Shown here one piece after another: positions 8,960 through 18,832 of a DNA stretch of 64,000 bases. Source of the DNA: an uncultured Candidatus Saccharibacteria bacterium. Its GTDB lineage: Bacteria > Patescibacteriota > Saccharimonadia > CAZBQI01. The notes under the pieces were generated by a model. It was given only the letters and a program-made list of their open reading frames with translations. It made no database searches and was not told the DNA's origin. Made by a program: the position numbers and the translations under genes. How positions within the stretch are numbered: the stretch's first letter is position 1; every line of letters begins with the position of its first letter. The stretch covers positions 3,126-67,125 of the forward strand of contig CAZBQI010000001.1 in NCBI GenBank assembly GCA_964494105.1, given 5' to 3'.

Positions 8960-11900
8960 TGATCGACCAGTGCCAAGGTTCGCTCGGCAAGTTTTGAAAT
9001 CCATAATTTGTGGAGTTGGCTGCCAGCCATTGGTAGCAGGCAGTAGAGCGGTACCGGCAGTTATTAAAATCAATCGCCACTCCCCAGCCGTGATTTGATC
9101 TACCAACGGGCGCAGTTGGTACTCGACACTGGCTGGAAGATGTCCAGTTAGGCGGGCAACCATTGGCTTGGCCGGCGCGGAGCTGACCGGCCAGGTCGCG
9201 GAAGCCGCTACCGCTGAGGATTACACCAGCGTCTTCGGCGTCGCTGATCATATTCTGCACACACTGAGCAACGTCTTGGCGGACACCACGGTTGATGACA
9301 GCGTTGTTCCCTCGGCTGATAATTGGCTCAACTATCGGTATTCCGGGTGCGTTTCCGTCGGCGGGTACCGGCGCTGGCAAAGCCGGGCTTCCTGGTTGGG
9401 GCGAACAGCTAGTGGTAAAGGCCGGGCCTCCGCCTATGTTACCAACGGCAGCGCCCACGGCAGCGCCAGTGCCCAGCCCGCTGTCATCCTCTTCGTTTTG
9501 GAGCGACGTCGATTCCCGTAGTATGAATTCGTCTTTTTTATACAAAACAAAACGCTGGCCTATCACACTTTTTTGTAAGCTATCGCCCCCATCACCAAAA
9601 CAGTCAGCGTATTCAGAACTGTTAAACCGCACAATCATGCGTGCGGTGCTGTCTTTGAAGCACTTGCCATATTTTGCCTCGAGCGCATCGTACTGTGGTT
9701 CTACAATTTTTGCGTTTTCTCGGGGGCACCATGATTCATCGTCGATGCATTTATCAAATAAGTTCAACGGCACGCCGAATTGCTTAATGCCATAGGGGCC
9801 TTCACCCGAGGCCGCCCAAATTGGCTGGCTACGTTCGCTGTACGAGATAACTTTTTCGTGGACGAAATTCATAGGGCTAATGTTGGCAAGTGCGGTTGTG
9901 GCGAAAGTTCTGACTTCGCTTAGGCTGGTTGGCACGCGGATGACAAACTGGGCTGCCAGCGAGCGAATATTACCGGTGTCAAATATACGGGCGTACCAAC
10001 TGCGCGTGCTGTCTTTTTCGTACTGGATACGGTTAAGTTCGGCTGAGTATTCGTTAATCTGATCAGGCGTTAAGACCATGGCACCGGATTGCTTGTCCAT
10101 TTCTAGGCCAATTATCTCAGTCCCGGCACCGGCCTTGTTAAAGCCGGCCGACGCTTCTTCTTGCGAAGCGTTATCGGAGCCCGAGTAGGCCTCGACCATT
10201 CTGGGCATCAGCCAGTCGGTCATTAAGATTTGAACTGTTAGTGCTCCACCTGACTTAACGACTGTTGTTCCGAGCACCTTAATTGCTAGCTTCATTGTTT
10301 GCCATACGCCCTGAGCTACAACTTCCGACGTACTTAAACTCCATATTGCTAATAGAAATTCTACGAGACTAGTTATGGCCTGACCAATATAGCTTAGAAT
10401 GGCTCTACAGGTAGCCTCAAAAGCAAAGTCAGCTTTTGGACCAAGAGCATTCCAAGAAGTTTCGAGTATGTTCTTGATAGCTTCAGGTGATTCACCCATA
10501 GCTTTCTGAGGGTATAGTTCCTCGGGCATGTCGTACTTTTCGCCTTTCGAGGCCATCCCCAGGCCACTCCGATATTCGGTGGAATACTCAAAGTCGCCCA
10601 ATGAATCTACGCAGGCCTGGACTGCTTTCGAGGTAACATCCCCTTCTTTTTGCTGATCGGCACAATTAAATATGCTGTAGGAAAACCGGGCATAGTTTTC
10701 ACTGCGCTTTTCAATGACTTTCTCGATGTTATAGACGTAAGCGTCATATAATAAGCATATTGTAACTGCTACTGCATTCAGCACGCTAAGACCTCTCAAA
10801 ATGGCAAATGCAGGCCTAGCCTTAAATGATTCGATGATTCGCTCTAATATCCTGGTTCGCTGGGGGACGGCTGCTTCGCCGGCCGCATCAGCTGCTTCAT
10901 CCGTAAAATCACCGTTCTTTATGCGGTCTTGGTTCCTTTTTGTTTCGTCGTCAACCTCTTGGCTAAGGCTAACAACTCGATCAGGATCGCGTATGGCTAG
11001 GTCTTGACGTTTTTGATCGATATTTAGTGCTTCGACGCGGTTTTTTCCTTTAAATATTCTGCCTAAATCGTCAAACCGAATTAGTCGTAGTTTTAGTTGA
11101 CGTCGTATATCGAGCAGTAGTTTTCCGCGCCAGATTTTATTTCTCATGGCGTTGATAGATAATATTTCCTCCTCGAGTTCCTTAACAGCGGCCATTTTTT
11201 GCGCTCGAGTTGCATTCTCTGGTAATAAGTACTCGCGACCGGTGGTTAAGTTGCGATAACCACGAAAGTCATTGGTCAAGCGTAAGTTCCACTTGCGCCG
11301 GCTTTTCATAACTAGTTCTATGCCATCAGCTCGCCCAAGGCGCGTCAGTGCCGATTGCGGGTTATAGCCGACCAACAAATCTGTTACGCCCCCGCGCCGG
11401 ATAGGGTTTAGCCGACCGGTGCTTTCGGCCGACACCAAGCCCTCGCTGGCAACGAGCTGACCAACCCGCCTAGCTAGCTGTAGGTTAAAGCGAGCCAGGT
11501 GAACGTCAATCAAATATTGTTTAACGTGCTCGGGTTTGTAAAGGAACGCGAAAAAGAACAGCAATACCCCCATACCGGCGACCACACCCAGCACACCCCA
11601 CACACTAAAGCCCAGCAATTTGCGAACAAACATTTTTCGAGCTGTTTTTCGGACCGGGTGTTTTTTGTGCTTACTTTTTTCGTGATAGTAAGATTCGCTT
11701 GCATCATCGAAGAATTCTTTGGCCGATTCGCCTAGCAACCTGCCGGTTGCTTGTGAACCAACCGACTTAATCAATTTTTCTTTTAGCTTATTTCCGGCCT
11801 CTTTATCGGCGACGTCATCTTTGTTTTGATGGCTGGTAGCCAGCTGGTCGAACTGGGCAATTTCGCCTGGTTGCAGTGGCACGGTTGGCTTGTCGACCTG

Positions 11901-12134
11901 TGGGCTGGTAGGTGTACCTATTGGGTTGGTTGGTATGTTTGGGGCGCCTAGATTTGGAGTACCAATTTTTGGAGCTGATGATGTCTTAGCCGAGCGAAAC
12001 GGCACCCTCGGCTTAATTGGCATGCCGGGGTGACGGGGGGGCTTTATTGGTAGGGCTGAGTCACTGCCAAGGCCGGGAGTCTTGCGACGATCTTTGTCTG
12101 GATTGCGCTGGCGCAAGTCTCCGCCCTGATTCAT
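8949..12134 (-). CDS. Giant (1061 aa) single-pass membrane protein with Pro-rich cytoplasmic N-terminus, large extracytoplasmic region and a C-terminal LAS/M15B (VanY-like D-Ala-D-Ala carboxypeptidase) domain; T4SS-associated
   Basis: N-terminal PKIGTPNLGAPNIPTNPIGTPTSPQVDKPTVPL; TM LLGFSVWGVLGVVAGMGVLLFFFAFLY; C-terminal SGFRDLAGQ ... RSNHGWGVAIDF matching the M15 SxHxxGxAxD zinc-binding signature; stop overlaps VirB4 start region (operon). Confidence 0.65.
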   Translation of the reverse strand: MNQGGDLRQRNPDKDRRKTPGLGSDSALPIKPPRHPGMPIKPRVPFRSAKTSSAPKIGTPNLGAPNIPTNPIGTPTSPQVDKPTVPLQPGEIAQFDQLATSHQNKDDVADKEAGNKLKEKLIKSVGSQATGRLLGESAKEFFDDASESYYHEKSKHKKHPVRKTARKMFVRKLLGFSVWGVLGVVAGMGVLLFFFAFLYKPEHVKQYLIDVHLARFNLQLARRVGQLVASEGLVSAESTGRLNPIRRGGVTDLLVGYNPQSALTRLGRADGIELVMKSRRKWNLRLTNDFRGYRNLTTGREYLLPENATRAQKMAAVKELEEEILSINAMRNKIWRGKLLLDIRRQLKLRLIRFDDLGRIFKGKNRVEALNIDQKRQDLAIRDPDRVVSLSQEVDDETKRNQDRIKNGDFTDEAADAAGEAAVPQRTRILERIIESFKARPAFAILRGLSVLNAVAVTICLLYDAYVYNIEKVIEKRSENYARFSYSIFNCADQQKEGDVTSKAVQACVDSLGDFEYSTEYRSGLGMASKGEKYDMPEELYPQKAMGESPEAIKNILETSWNALGPKADFAFEATCRAILSYIGQAITSLVEFLLAIWSLSTSEVVAQGVWQTMKLAIKVLGTTVVKSGGALTVQILMTDWLMPRMVEAYSGSDNASQEEASAGFNKAGAGTEIIGLEMDKQSGAMVLTPDQINEYSAELNRIQYEKDSTRSWYARIFDTGNIRSLAAQFVIRVPTSLSEVRTFATTALANISPMNFVHEKVISYSERSQPIWAASGEGPYGIKQFGVPLNLFDKCIDDESWCPRENAKIVEPQYDALEAKYGKCFKDSTARMIVRFNSSEYADCFGDGGDSLQKSVIGQRFVLYKKDEFILRESTSLQNEEDDSGLGTGAAVGAAVGNIGGGPAFTTSCSPQPGSPALPAPVPADGNAPGIPIVEPIISRGNNAVINRGVRQDVAQCVQNMISDAEDAGVILSGSGFRDLAGQLRAGQANGCPPNWTSSSQCRVPTAPVGRSNHGWGVAIDFNNCRYRSTACYQWLAANSTNYGFQNLPSEPWHWSINGN

Positions 12135-14257
12135 GAGTGCGTCTGCCTTAAGTCAATAGTGGTGCCGGCTTTAACGTCATCAGACGGAGATTTCTGCGCC
12201 GGGGCTATTGGTGGCTGGGTAGCGTCTGCACTACTAGGGGCCGATGGCTCAACGTTAGGTGCTTTGCTATCCGGCTGATTATTTGCCGGTGCTTCCGTCT
12301 GCGCTGGTGGCTCAGATGATGGCGCCAGTTGTGGTCCGGGTAGTGTAATTTTTGGTTGGGGTTTTCCCTGTTCTTCGTTGATTTGCGCCACACTCGCAAT
12401 AACACTGGCGGTTGTAGCGCCTTCTTCTTCCATGGCTTCAATTGCCTTGATTTGCTGAGGGTTAGTGGTAATTAGTTCAGTTTCGGTACTTGAAGCATCG
12501 ATTCTGACGTGAACGTGATTGGAGCCGGCAAAAAATAATCCCTGGCCAACGGGGAATTGGCTGAGTTTTTTGTGTTCGGAATCGGTGAGTTTAAAGGTAC
12601 TGGCTACAATGTCTACCGCCGATGGTGCTTGCTTGAGGAGCAACTGGATGCTGGAGTTAGCAACCACTGCTCGGCCCATGCGCGAGCTTAGAAAGTCCTC
12701 GACGTCTTGAGAAATTGTGGTTAGCCCTAGGTTGTATTTACGGGCACGTTTAGCCACGCTAAACAGAAAATTAGCCGAATCTTCGTATCTCATTAATTGC
12801 CAGGCCTCGTCGACAATTAAATAGCGTTTGATTTGGTCGGATTTTACCCGATTCCAGATGTGATTGAGAATAATATACATAGCTACCGGTCGTAATTCGT
12901 CTTCGAGGTCGCGAATATTGAAAACAATAAAGTCGTTTTCGATGCCAACGTTTGATTGGTTCGAGAAAATACCCGAAAACGTCCCGGTAGTATACTTTCG
13001 TAGTCGCTGAGCCAACGCCGGACCATAACCTTCCATCGATACCAGTGTTTCGTATAGGTCGCCAATGGTTGGGGGTGTGGCCGAATGAGTAAGTGGATCG
13101 GCTGTAATGCCGGCTTTGGCGTAGGTGGCAATTAGTGCTTGGTCTAGGTCGCCTTCTTCGGCGGGGCTAATTTGTCCACCCATCATTAAGCGCAACATAC
13201 CATGAAGGGTAATGAGGTTTGCACGCAGGGAGTTTTCGGCCTCCTCTTGGTCGAGCACATGGGGTAAATCAAACGGGTTAAAATAGGTTTTGCTGGTTAG
13301 GCTTAAGCGCAGATAGGCTCCACCGACTGCTGTGCATAGCCTTTCGTATTCGTTTTCGGGATCGATAATTAGAATTTGAATACCCATCATCAAACTTCTA
13401 ATGGCTTCGAGTTTTACCGTAAAACTCTTACCGGCACCAGATTTTGCAAATACCACTAAGTTGGCATTTTCAAGGCTAAAGCGGTCAAAAATAACCAAGC
13501 CGTTATTATGCATATTAATGCCGTAAAGTATGCCGGCCTCTTGGCTTAAGTCGGCCGAGGTAAACGGAAAGCTGGTAGAAAGCGCACCCGTATCCATGTT
13601 GCGTTTTATTTGGAGTTGATCGGTTGCTTGTGGCACGGTTGAATTCAAACCCTGTTCCATTTGGACGGTGGCCGGCTTACTGTAAACAAGATTCTGACCA
13701 AATATCCCCTCAATTTTGTGCTGAGTGTAATCTAGCGCATCAAGTGTAGAGGCGTAGATGGTTAGGTACAAACAAAAACGAAAGAACCTTTCCTCGCCCA
13801 CCTGCAGGCTGTCTCGAAGCTGTTCAGCATCGTTAATGGCGGCTTCGGTGCCCGGGTCTCGCACTCGGCCTTTTTCGGCTAATATCTGCTCGGTGGCCTC
13901 TAGCTGACCAACTTTTTTGCGAAGGTTTTCTAGCACCACTCGGCTTTCAACCGGGTAGATAAACATGCTGACATCAATCGATTCGTCGATGTTAATTATT
14001 TCCGAAAGCCAGCCGGTGTAAATTTGTCTGGGATAGCCATAAACATAAATGGTGCGGGCAAAACGCGAACCGAGCTTAAAAAAGGAAGATTGAAATTCAA
14101 TAGAGGGTGGTGCGATAAAATCGCGCAAGCTGGTAACACCCTTGCGGAACTCTTCTTCAACCTCGCGCTTTTCCCGAAGTTGCTGTTGTTCGGCTTTCGT
14201 TAGGCTGGGTTTTTTACTAAAAAGGCCCATTTTTTTCTTCCCGTGCAAATAGCACAT
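12131..14257 (-). CDS. virB4: Type IV secretion ATPase VirB4/TrbE/CagE family (C-terminal ~700 aa portion; see upstream ORF and frameshift)
   Basis: Walker A VVFAKSGAGKSFTVK, Walker B LIVDEAWQLM, Gram-positive VirB4 N-domain motif DFIAPPSIEF..YPRQIYTGWL; Pro-rich C-terminal tail. Confidence 0.85.
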   Translation of the reverse strand: MCYLHGKKKMGLFSKKPSLTKAEQQQLREKREVEEEFRKGVTSLRDFIAPPSIEFQSSFFKLGSRFARTIYVYGYPRQIYTGWLSEIINIDESIDVSMFIYPVESRVVLENLRKKVGQLEATEQILAEKGRVRDPGTEAAINDAEQLRDSLQVGEERFFRFCLYLTIYASTLDALDYTQHKIEGIFGQNLVYSKPATVQMEQGLNSTVPQATDQLQIKRNMDTGALSTSFPFTSADLSQEAGILYGINMHNNGLVIFDRFSLENANLVVFAKSGAGKSFTVKLEAIRSLMMGIQILIIDPENEYERLCTAVGGAYLRLSLTSKTYFNPFDLPHVLDQEEAENSLRANLITLHGMLRLMMGGQISPAEEGDLDQALIATYAKAGITADPLTHSATPPTIGDLYETLVSMEGYGPALAQRLRKYTTGTFSGIFSNQSNVGIENDFIVFNIRDLEDELRPVAMYIILNHIWNRVKSDQIKRYLIVDEAWQLMRYEDSANFLFSVAKRARKYNLGLTTISQDVEDFLSSRMGRAVVANSSIQLLLKQAPSAVDIVASTFKLTDSEHKKLSQFPVGQGLFFAGSNHVHVRIDASSTETELITTNPQQIKAIEAMEEEGATTASVIASVAQINEEQGKPQPKITLPGPQLAPSSEPPAQTEAPANNQPDSKAPNVEPSAPSSADATQPPIAPAQKSPSDDVKAGTTIDLRQTHS

Positions 14258-15134
14258 CCCGTGAGTCGCCCTTGCCTTTTGTTACTATCGGCGCCTCGAG
14301 TTCATTAATATCAACCAGGTGTTCGGCAGCTGAAGTTATTGGGTTGTAAACATTGTAGTAAAGCTCTATTAGTTCCTGAGTATTAAGTGTAACGGCGTTA
14401 ACCGACATGTCGTTTAGGCCGTTTAAAACGACAAATGCTCTTTCCTTGAGTTCGTCAATGTAGCGTTTATAGTCGACTGAGTTGATGTTGATGGTTTTAT
14501 GTTTATTGCCCATTAAGGCATTTAAGCTTAGTATTCCACCACTCTTTACAGATAGATTTGGGTGGTAGGGAACGACCACATAAAATTGCTTGCTCATGAT
14601 GTTGGAATTTTCAATCAAGTACTTGATGTAGTCGATATAATCCTCCATTAATAGCCCAAGCATTACCTTTTCTTGATCGCGTTGAATTTTCTCTAGTTTC
14701 TCGATGTAGTTATTTAAATCAACCCGCTGTGAGCGCACGTAAATTTGAATTTCAAAAAAGAGCGAGTTTAAAAAAGACTGGTAGCTGGATTCAACGGCTT
14801 CTCTTTCCTGGCTACTCATGAGGTCGAAGTTGATCGACTGGCACATTACTACCGCCCGCAAACTGCCATCGCGCATAATTACCAAGCCGTCGCGAATTTC
14901 GGCGATTTGCAAAGAATTCTGAGTAGTTGTGACTGCTTTTTTATTGGGCTTTTTTGATTCGGGTTTGGCTGTAGTGGTAGTACGAGCTTTTTGGGCCGGT
15001 CTAGAGGCTTGATTAGCTGGGGCATGCGTGGTGGCACCTCCCAGTACCGGCCGAGGCGGAGGTGTTGGCGCAGTCGTAGGCTGACTGTTTGGATTAGACG
15101 GTAGTGTTGGTTGTATATTTTGATCTGGTGGCAT
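14217..15134 (-). CDS. Probable N-terminal portion of VirB4 (Pro-rich N-terminus + VirB4 N-domain motif), separated from the ATPase ORF by a frameshift in an A7 run
   Basis: 305 aa; IRDGLVIMRDGSLRAVVMCQSINFDLMSSQEREAV resembles the conserved start of VirB4/TrbE proteins (..DG.l..kDGsl.a.....g..f.l.s..E); overlaps the downstream ORF by 41 nt around T7 at 14230-14236. Confidence 0.55.
   Translation of the reverse strand: MPPDQNIQPTLPSNPNSQPTTAPTPPPRPVLGGATTHAPANQASRPAQKARTTTTAKPESKKPNKKAVTTTQNSLQIAEIRDGLVIMRDGSLRAVVMCQSINFDLMSSQEREAVESSYQSFLNSLFFEIQIYVRSQRVDLNNYIEKLEKIQRDQEKVMLGLLMEDYIDYIKYLIENSNIMSKQFYVVVPYHPNLSVKSGGILSLNALMGNKHKTININSVDYKRYIDELKERAFVVLNGLNDMSVNAVTLNTQELIELYYNVYNPITSAAEHLVDINELEAPIVTKGKGDSRDVLFAREEKNGPF
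14230..14236 (-). repeat. A7 homopolymer (T7 on plus strand) at the junction of the two VirB4 reading frames
   Basis: Read directly: gaagaaaaaaatggg on minus strand; a 1-nt change in run length fuses the 305-aa and 708-aa ORFs. Confidence 0.8.
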
Positions 15135-15311
15135 ACAAGAATCGGGCCCCTTTATATGTAGGTGGATGAAAAAGCCAATTCACCCCTAAAAACATGAGCA
15201 CTTTAGGCTGGGGTTAGTATATCATTTTGACTACTGTTAAAGAAGCACCAATAGTTAACTTTTTTTAAGTTGAGGTTTTATGAAAATGTTTTCGTGAAAA
15301 TATTGTATTAT

Positions 15312-15977
15312 TTAAACGCTTTTAGCGGGCGTTTTTGCCAATTGCATTTTGGCAATTGCCTGGGCTTTGACTGCGGTCTTGCTTGATGCTTCGAGCTTGG
15401 CAATATCTTTTGCGTCAGGGTTATTATGTACATCGAGCATGTCTTCGTACGAATGCACCTCTATCGGCTCTTCTGGCTTGGCATTTAAACTATCCATGCT
15501 GATTAGTCGATCACCGTCGTCGACCACCAAATTACCCACACCGACATTGATATTTGGGTCTTTGGCTATCCAGCCACGGCTATCAACAATTTTGGCTAGT
15601 TGTTCGAGCTGACCATGAACCTGTAAAATACTGACTTTATCTGGCAATATTGCCTTGAGTTTGGGTGGCACCAGATGAATATTCTCGTGCAGGCCTTCTG
15701 AATTCCACTTGCGAACCCTGGGTTTAAAGCGAAAATTTAGCGCCGCTAGTAAATATATTTCCACCGGCTGGTCTGGGCGACGGTAAATTCCCAGCACAAG
15801 GCATATTAGCGTTATCGGTAGTGGAATCAGTACTAGCGGTTGGTATAGCTTATAGAAAACGTAACACAGCGCTATGCCAATAGCGGCTATTACCAGAAAA
15901 ATAAATTGCTTGAAGGTAAATGGGCCAAGCAGTTTGTCTTCGGCTTCGACATCTTGGGGGATTTTATATTGAGCCAT
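15312..15977 (-). CDS. PrgI/VirB3-like small membrane protein with two N-terminal TM helices and a long soluble tail (start at internal MAQYKIP)
   Basis: MAQYKIPQDVEAEDKLLGPFTFKQFIFLVIAAIGIALCYVF..LVLIPLPITLICLVLGIY: N-terminal motif and 2-TM hairpin typical of Gram-positive VirB3 analogues; lies immediately upstream of VirB4. Confidence 0.5.
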   Translation of the reverse strand: MAQYKIPQDVEAEDKLLGPFTFKQFIFLVIAAIGIALCYVFYKLYQPLVLIPLPITLICLVLGIYRRPDQPVEIYLLAALNFRFKPRVRKWNSEGLHENIHLVPPKLKAILPDKVSILQVHGQLEQLAKIVDSRGWIAKDPNINVGVGNLVVDDGDRLISMDSLNAKPEEPIEVHSYEDMLDVHNNPDAKDIAKLEASSKTAVKAQAIAKMQLAKTPAKSV

Positions 15978-16173
15978 AACATAAGTATTATGTATCAAGT
16001 GTCAAGTATCAAGCGGATTGGTTCGGACTTGGGCCAATTAAAAATTAGATTATATGGAATCTCTAAACTTGTTACTACCGTCTACAAACTACCATTTGGT
16101 GGGTTGCTTTGATTCACAACCGGGCCGGCATCGTCCTAAATATGGGTTTTTTGGTACAGACCGCTTATGGTTA

Positions 16174-16680
16174 TCAAGTTGATGATGCTGTCTGGCTGTT
16201 TGGCCGAGCGGCTGATGGGGTTTTTTGGTAAACGCCGGCAATGGATGATTGCTCGATAATGTGCCCTTGCATAGCAGCGAGCAGATCCTTTTTGCTTACG
16301 TTCGGATTGTCACTAAACAGCGTATCTAGGGCGTAGAGGGTGAATCTATACAAGTGCGCACCATTTGGCGGGCAAGGCCCGGTGTAAGCATTTTCGCCGG
16401 CGCTGTTTTTGCCCTGTATGCATCCTGGGGGCACTATGCCTTCCTCGATTAGCGTTGTATCTGGGGGGATGTTAAACAACACCCAATGGTCGTACACTTC
16501 GCCGTTACCGGCTGGGTCGGTGGCGGCATCGGGGTCTTCAACAATCAGCGCAAAGCTTTTGGTGTTTGCGGGCGGATTAAAAATCCGCAAATTGGGATTA
16601 ATATTCCGGCCTTGGCAGGTATAGGTCGAGGGAATATGTACAGACAATGTAAAATCTGGTGAAAATAAATTTAAGGCCAA
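16174..16680 (-). CDS. YbhB/YbcL family phosphatidylethanolamine-binding protein (PEBP/Raf kinase inhibitor-like)
   Basis: 168 aa; DPDAATDPAGNGEVYDHWVLFNIP and HLYRFTLYALD motifs characteristic of bacterial PEBP family. Confidence 0.8.
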   Translation of the reverse strand: MALNLFSPDFTLSVHIPSTYTCQGRNINPNLRIFNPPANTKSFALIVEDPDAATDPAGNGEVYDHWVLFNIPPDTTLIEEGIVPPGCIQGKNSAGENAYTGPCPPNGAHLYRFTLYALDTLFSDNPNVSKKDLLAAMQGHIIEQSSIAGVYQKTPSAARPNSQTASST

Positions 16681-16769
16681 TTACGCTCCGTTATTTAGTG
16701 CTTTGCACCTATGATTTTACCATAAGCGTTGTGGTTCTGACTGCTCATAGGGCGCTATCTTGGCTCGAT

Positions 16770-18500
16770 TTATATAGTGCCTTCGTCTTCGTCTTCTTCG
16801 ACAATGCTATAGCTTGGACGATCAGGATAACGCATATCGAGTTTACCCACATTTTCATACGCATACCTTCCCGCTTTGGCTACTCCACGACCGGTGGCTC
16901 GTCCGGCTGTGGCTATTCCACGACCGGTTGCGGTGATTCCGCGCATACCAACCCTGCCGGCTACTTTGCCAACCCGAAGAGCCTTCTGCGCTCTTTCGGC
17001 TCTCCTTTCCTGGCTTCTTAGTTTTCGCGCCGGTGCTTCAGCATCTCGATTATTTCGCTTATGTTCCCGCTGTTCATAACGGTGTTCGACTTTATGAACG
17101 TATTTTGCCCGGCGCTGGGCTCGTCTAATTCTCCGGTCATACTTAGCAACTTTACCAGTCCATTTGGTCTTGCCGGGTTTCATGTCTAGAAAACGTTTGA
17201 TGTTGGTATCTAGAGTTGGGCGTTGTTTTGGGGCAACTCTGCTTAGAGTTTCTGCAATAATGCGATCGGTTGCTAATTGGGTTAGCTCGGTGTCGCTGAG
17301 ATCGGGGTTGTCACTCTTTAGTTGCTTTATAATTTCGGTTTTATAGGTACGTAGATTTTTAATATAGCTAGGACTCAAAACATCTCTTGGCGTCAGTTCA
17401 AAGACGGGCTCCCGTAACTTATCCCCTTCAGCGTTGTAAAAACCGTCAGTAAGGGGATCTCGCTTGACTGGTAAACGATCCTTGCCCAAGAGGGTTCGAT
17501 TGCCCTGCGCAGTTTCAGCTACATAGGCTACCGCTGGTCCATCGGTGGTGAATAATTGATCCCCAGCTACAGGATCTTTGTATCCCTCAACATTAAAAAA
17601 TGGTACGCCATCAGTTTCGCCGGCAAACCCGGTAACGTTTACCACGTATTGACCTTTAGGAGTTTTAATTAAGGCCTTTCTTGCTTCTGTGGTTGCAGGT
17701 TCAGCTACGACTTCAGGAACTTCATTGACAATTACCGCCACGGCCGAGCTATTGCGCTCGCCTCTAGATATAGCTTGTAGTGCGCGGGAAATTTCAGCGG
17801 CCGTTGCATAGCCGTTGGCGATATCCCTTATGCGTTCGGCTGTGTCTACACCCTCAATACCTCTTGAAACTAAAATTATGCGGTCGCCAGCCTGTACCTG
17901 CATACTTTGTACGCTAAATTCTTTGGCACCTGGTTCTTTGCCCAAGGGTACAGTTTTTCCACTTTCTTCCACGGTATCGTCATCAGTGTCGAGTGTGATT
18001 TTTTTATCAATGGGTTCTTTGGCTTTGTTTTCAAAAGGAAATATATCGTCGCCTCGTACCACGTAGGCGCCGATATCACCTACTCTGCCGATGGTCACAA
18101 AGGCTTTATTGCCCTCAACACCAAATACAGCCGAGGCCATTTCTGCTTCAGGTTTTCTGCCGGGCGGCATCATTCGGCCTTGTTCAGCTATTTCCCGATT
18201 AACTCGGGCAAATGCTCCTTGCATAAACTGTTCTGCTGAGTCCAAATTAGGTGGCTGTATAAGATGGTCGCTAAGCTGATCAACAACTTCCACGCTGGCT
18301 TGGGCGATTCGTGCGCCGTCGCGTACGGCTTCTAGGCCATTTGCTATGGCTACCAAACTACCATTTGGTTTAACCAGAGTGCTGTCGACTGATTCTGGGG
18401 TGGGTATCTCGGGAGCGCTGGCGCTTTCTAAAGAGAAATTAGCTCCGGGTATTTCGCCGAAGTCGCCGGGGGCTATTCCTGTAGGTGCTGGCATATGCAT
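16770..18500 (-). CDS. Hypothetical 576-aa protein; weak PP2C-phosphatase-like N-terminal half (GDRIILVSRGIEG) and strongly Arg/Lys-rich C-terminal tail with GRG repeats
   Basis: Long ORF with coding-like composition; C-terminal RRIRRAQRRAKYVHKVEHRYEQREHKRNNR..GRVGMRGITATGRGIATAGRATGRG; domain call weak. Confidence 0.45.
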   Translation of the reverse strand: MHMPAPTGIAPGDFGEIPGANFSLESASAPEIPTPESVDSTLVKPNGSLVAIANGLEAVRDGARIAQASVEVVDQLSDHLIQPPNLDSAEQFMQGAFARVNREIAEQGRMMPPGRKPEAEMASAVFGVEGNKAFVTIGRVGDIGAYVVRGDDIFPFENKAKEPIDKKITLDTDDDTVEESGKTVPLGKEPGAKEFSVQSMQVQAGDRIILVSRGIEGVDTAERIRDIANGYATAAEISRALQAISRGERNSSAVAVIVNEVPEVVAEPATTEARKALIKTPKGQYVVNVTGFAGETDGVPFFNVEGYKDPVAGDQLFTTDGPAVAYVAETAQGNRTLLGKDRLPVKRDPLTDGFYNAEGDKLREPVFELTPRDVLSPSYIKNLRTYKTEIIKQLKSDNPDLSDTELTQLATDRIIAETLSRVAPKQRPTLDTNIKRFLDMKPGKTKWTGKVAKYDRRIRRAQRRAKYVHKVEHRYEQREHKRNNRDAEAPARKLRSQERRAERAQKALRVGKVAGRVGMRGITATGRGIATAGRATGRGVAKAGRYAYENVGKLDMRYPDRPSYSIVEEDEDEGTI

Positions 18501-18832
18501 AATTTATCCTGATGGTACTATAGCATAAGCTTGATAAAATTACAAGCACAGTATATTAACTACTAAATTTAACCACTAGTATGCTATTTGGGTACGAGTT
18601 CCGGGTTTGCAGGCACTTCTCTGAAGTTAAATTTTAGTCCGGCGTAGTCGACTGCATAGAAGCCGTCGCTTGTTTTGTATACAAATTCTCTGTATTTATA
18701 ATTAGTTATAAGCTCTTGAGCCATTAGGCCGATATATTGAGTATTCGGTTTGTTTTTATAAGAGAATCTTTATATGTAAATATCGTCATCAAATTTCCCG
18801 ACTTTCGTGTGCACATTTTTAAGCCGTCTGTC

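Noticed and set aside
16770-18500. Calling the 576-aa protein a PP2C phosphatase or a T4SS coupling protein
   Set aside because: Only a weak GDRIILVSRGIEG resemblance to the PP2C motif (Arg where Asp is expected). No Walker motifs, so not VirD4/VirB11. Left as hypothetical.
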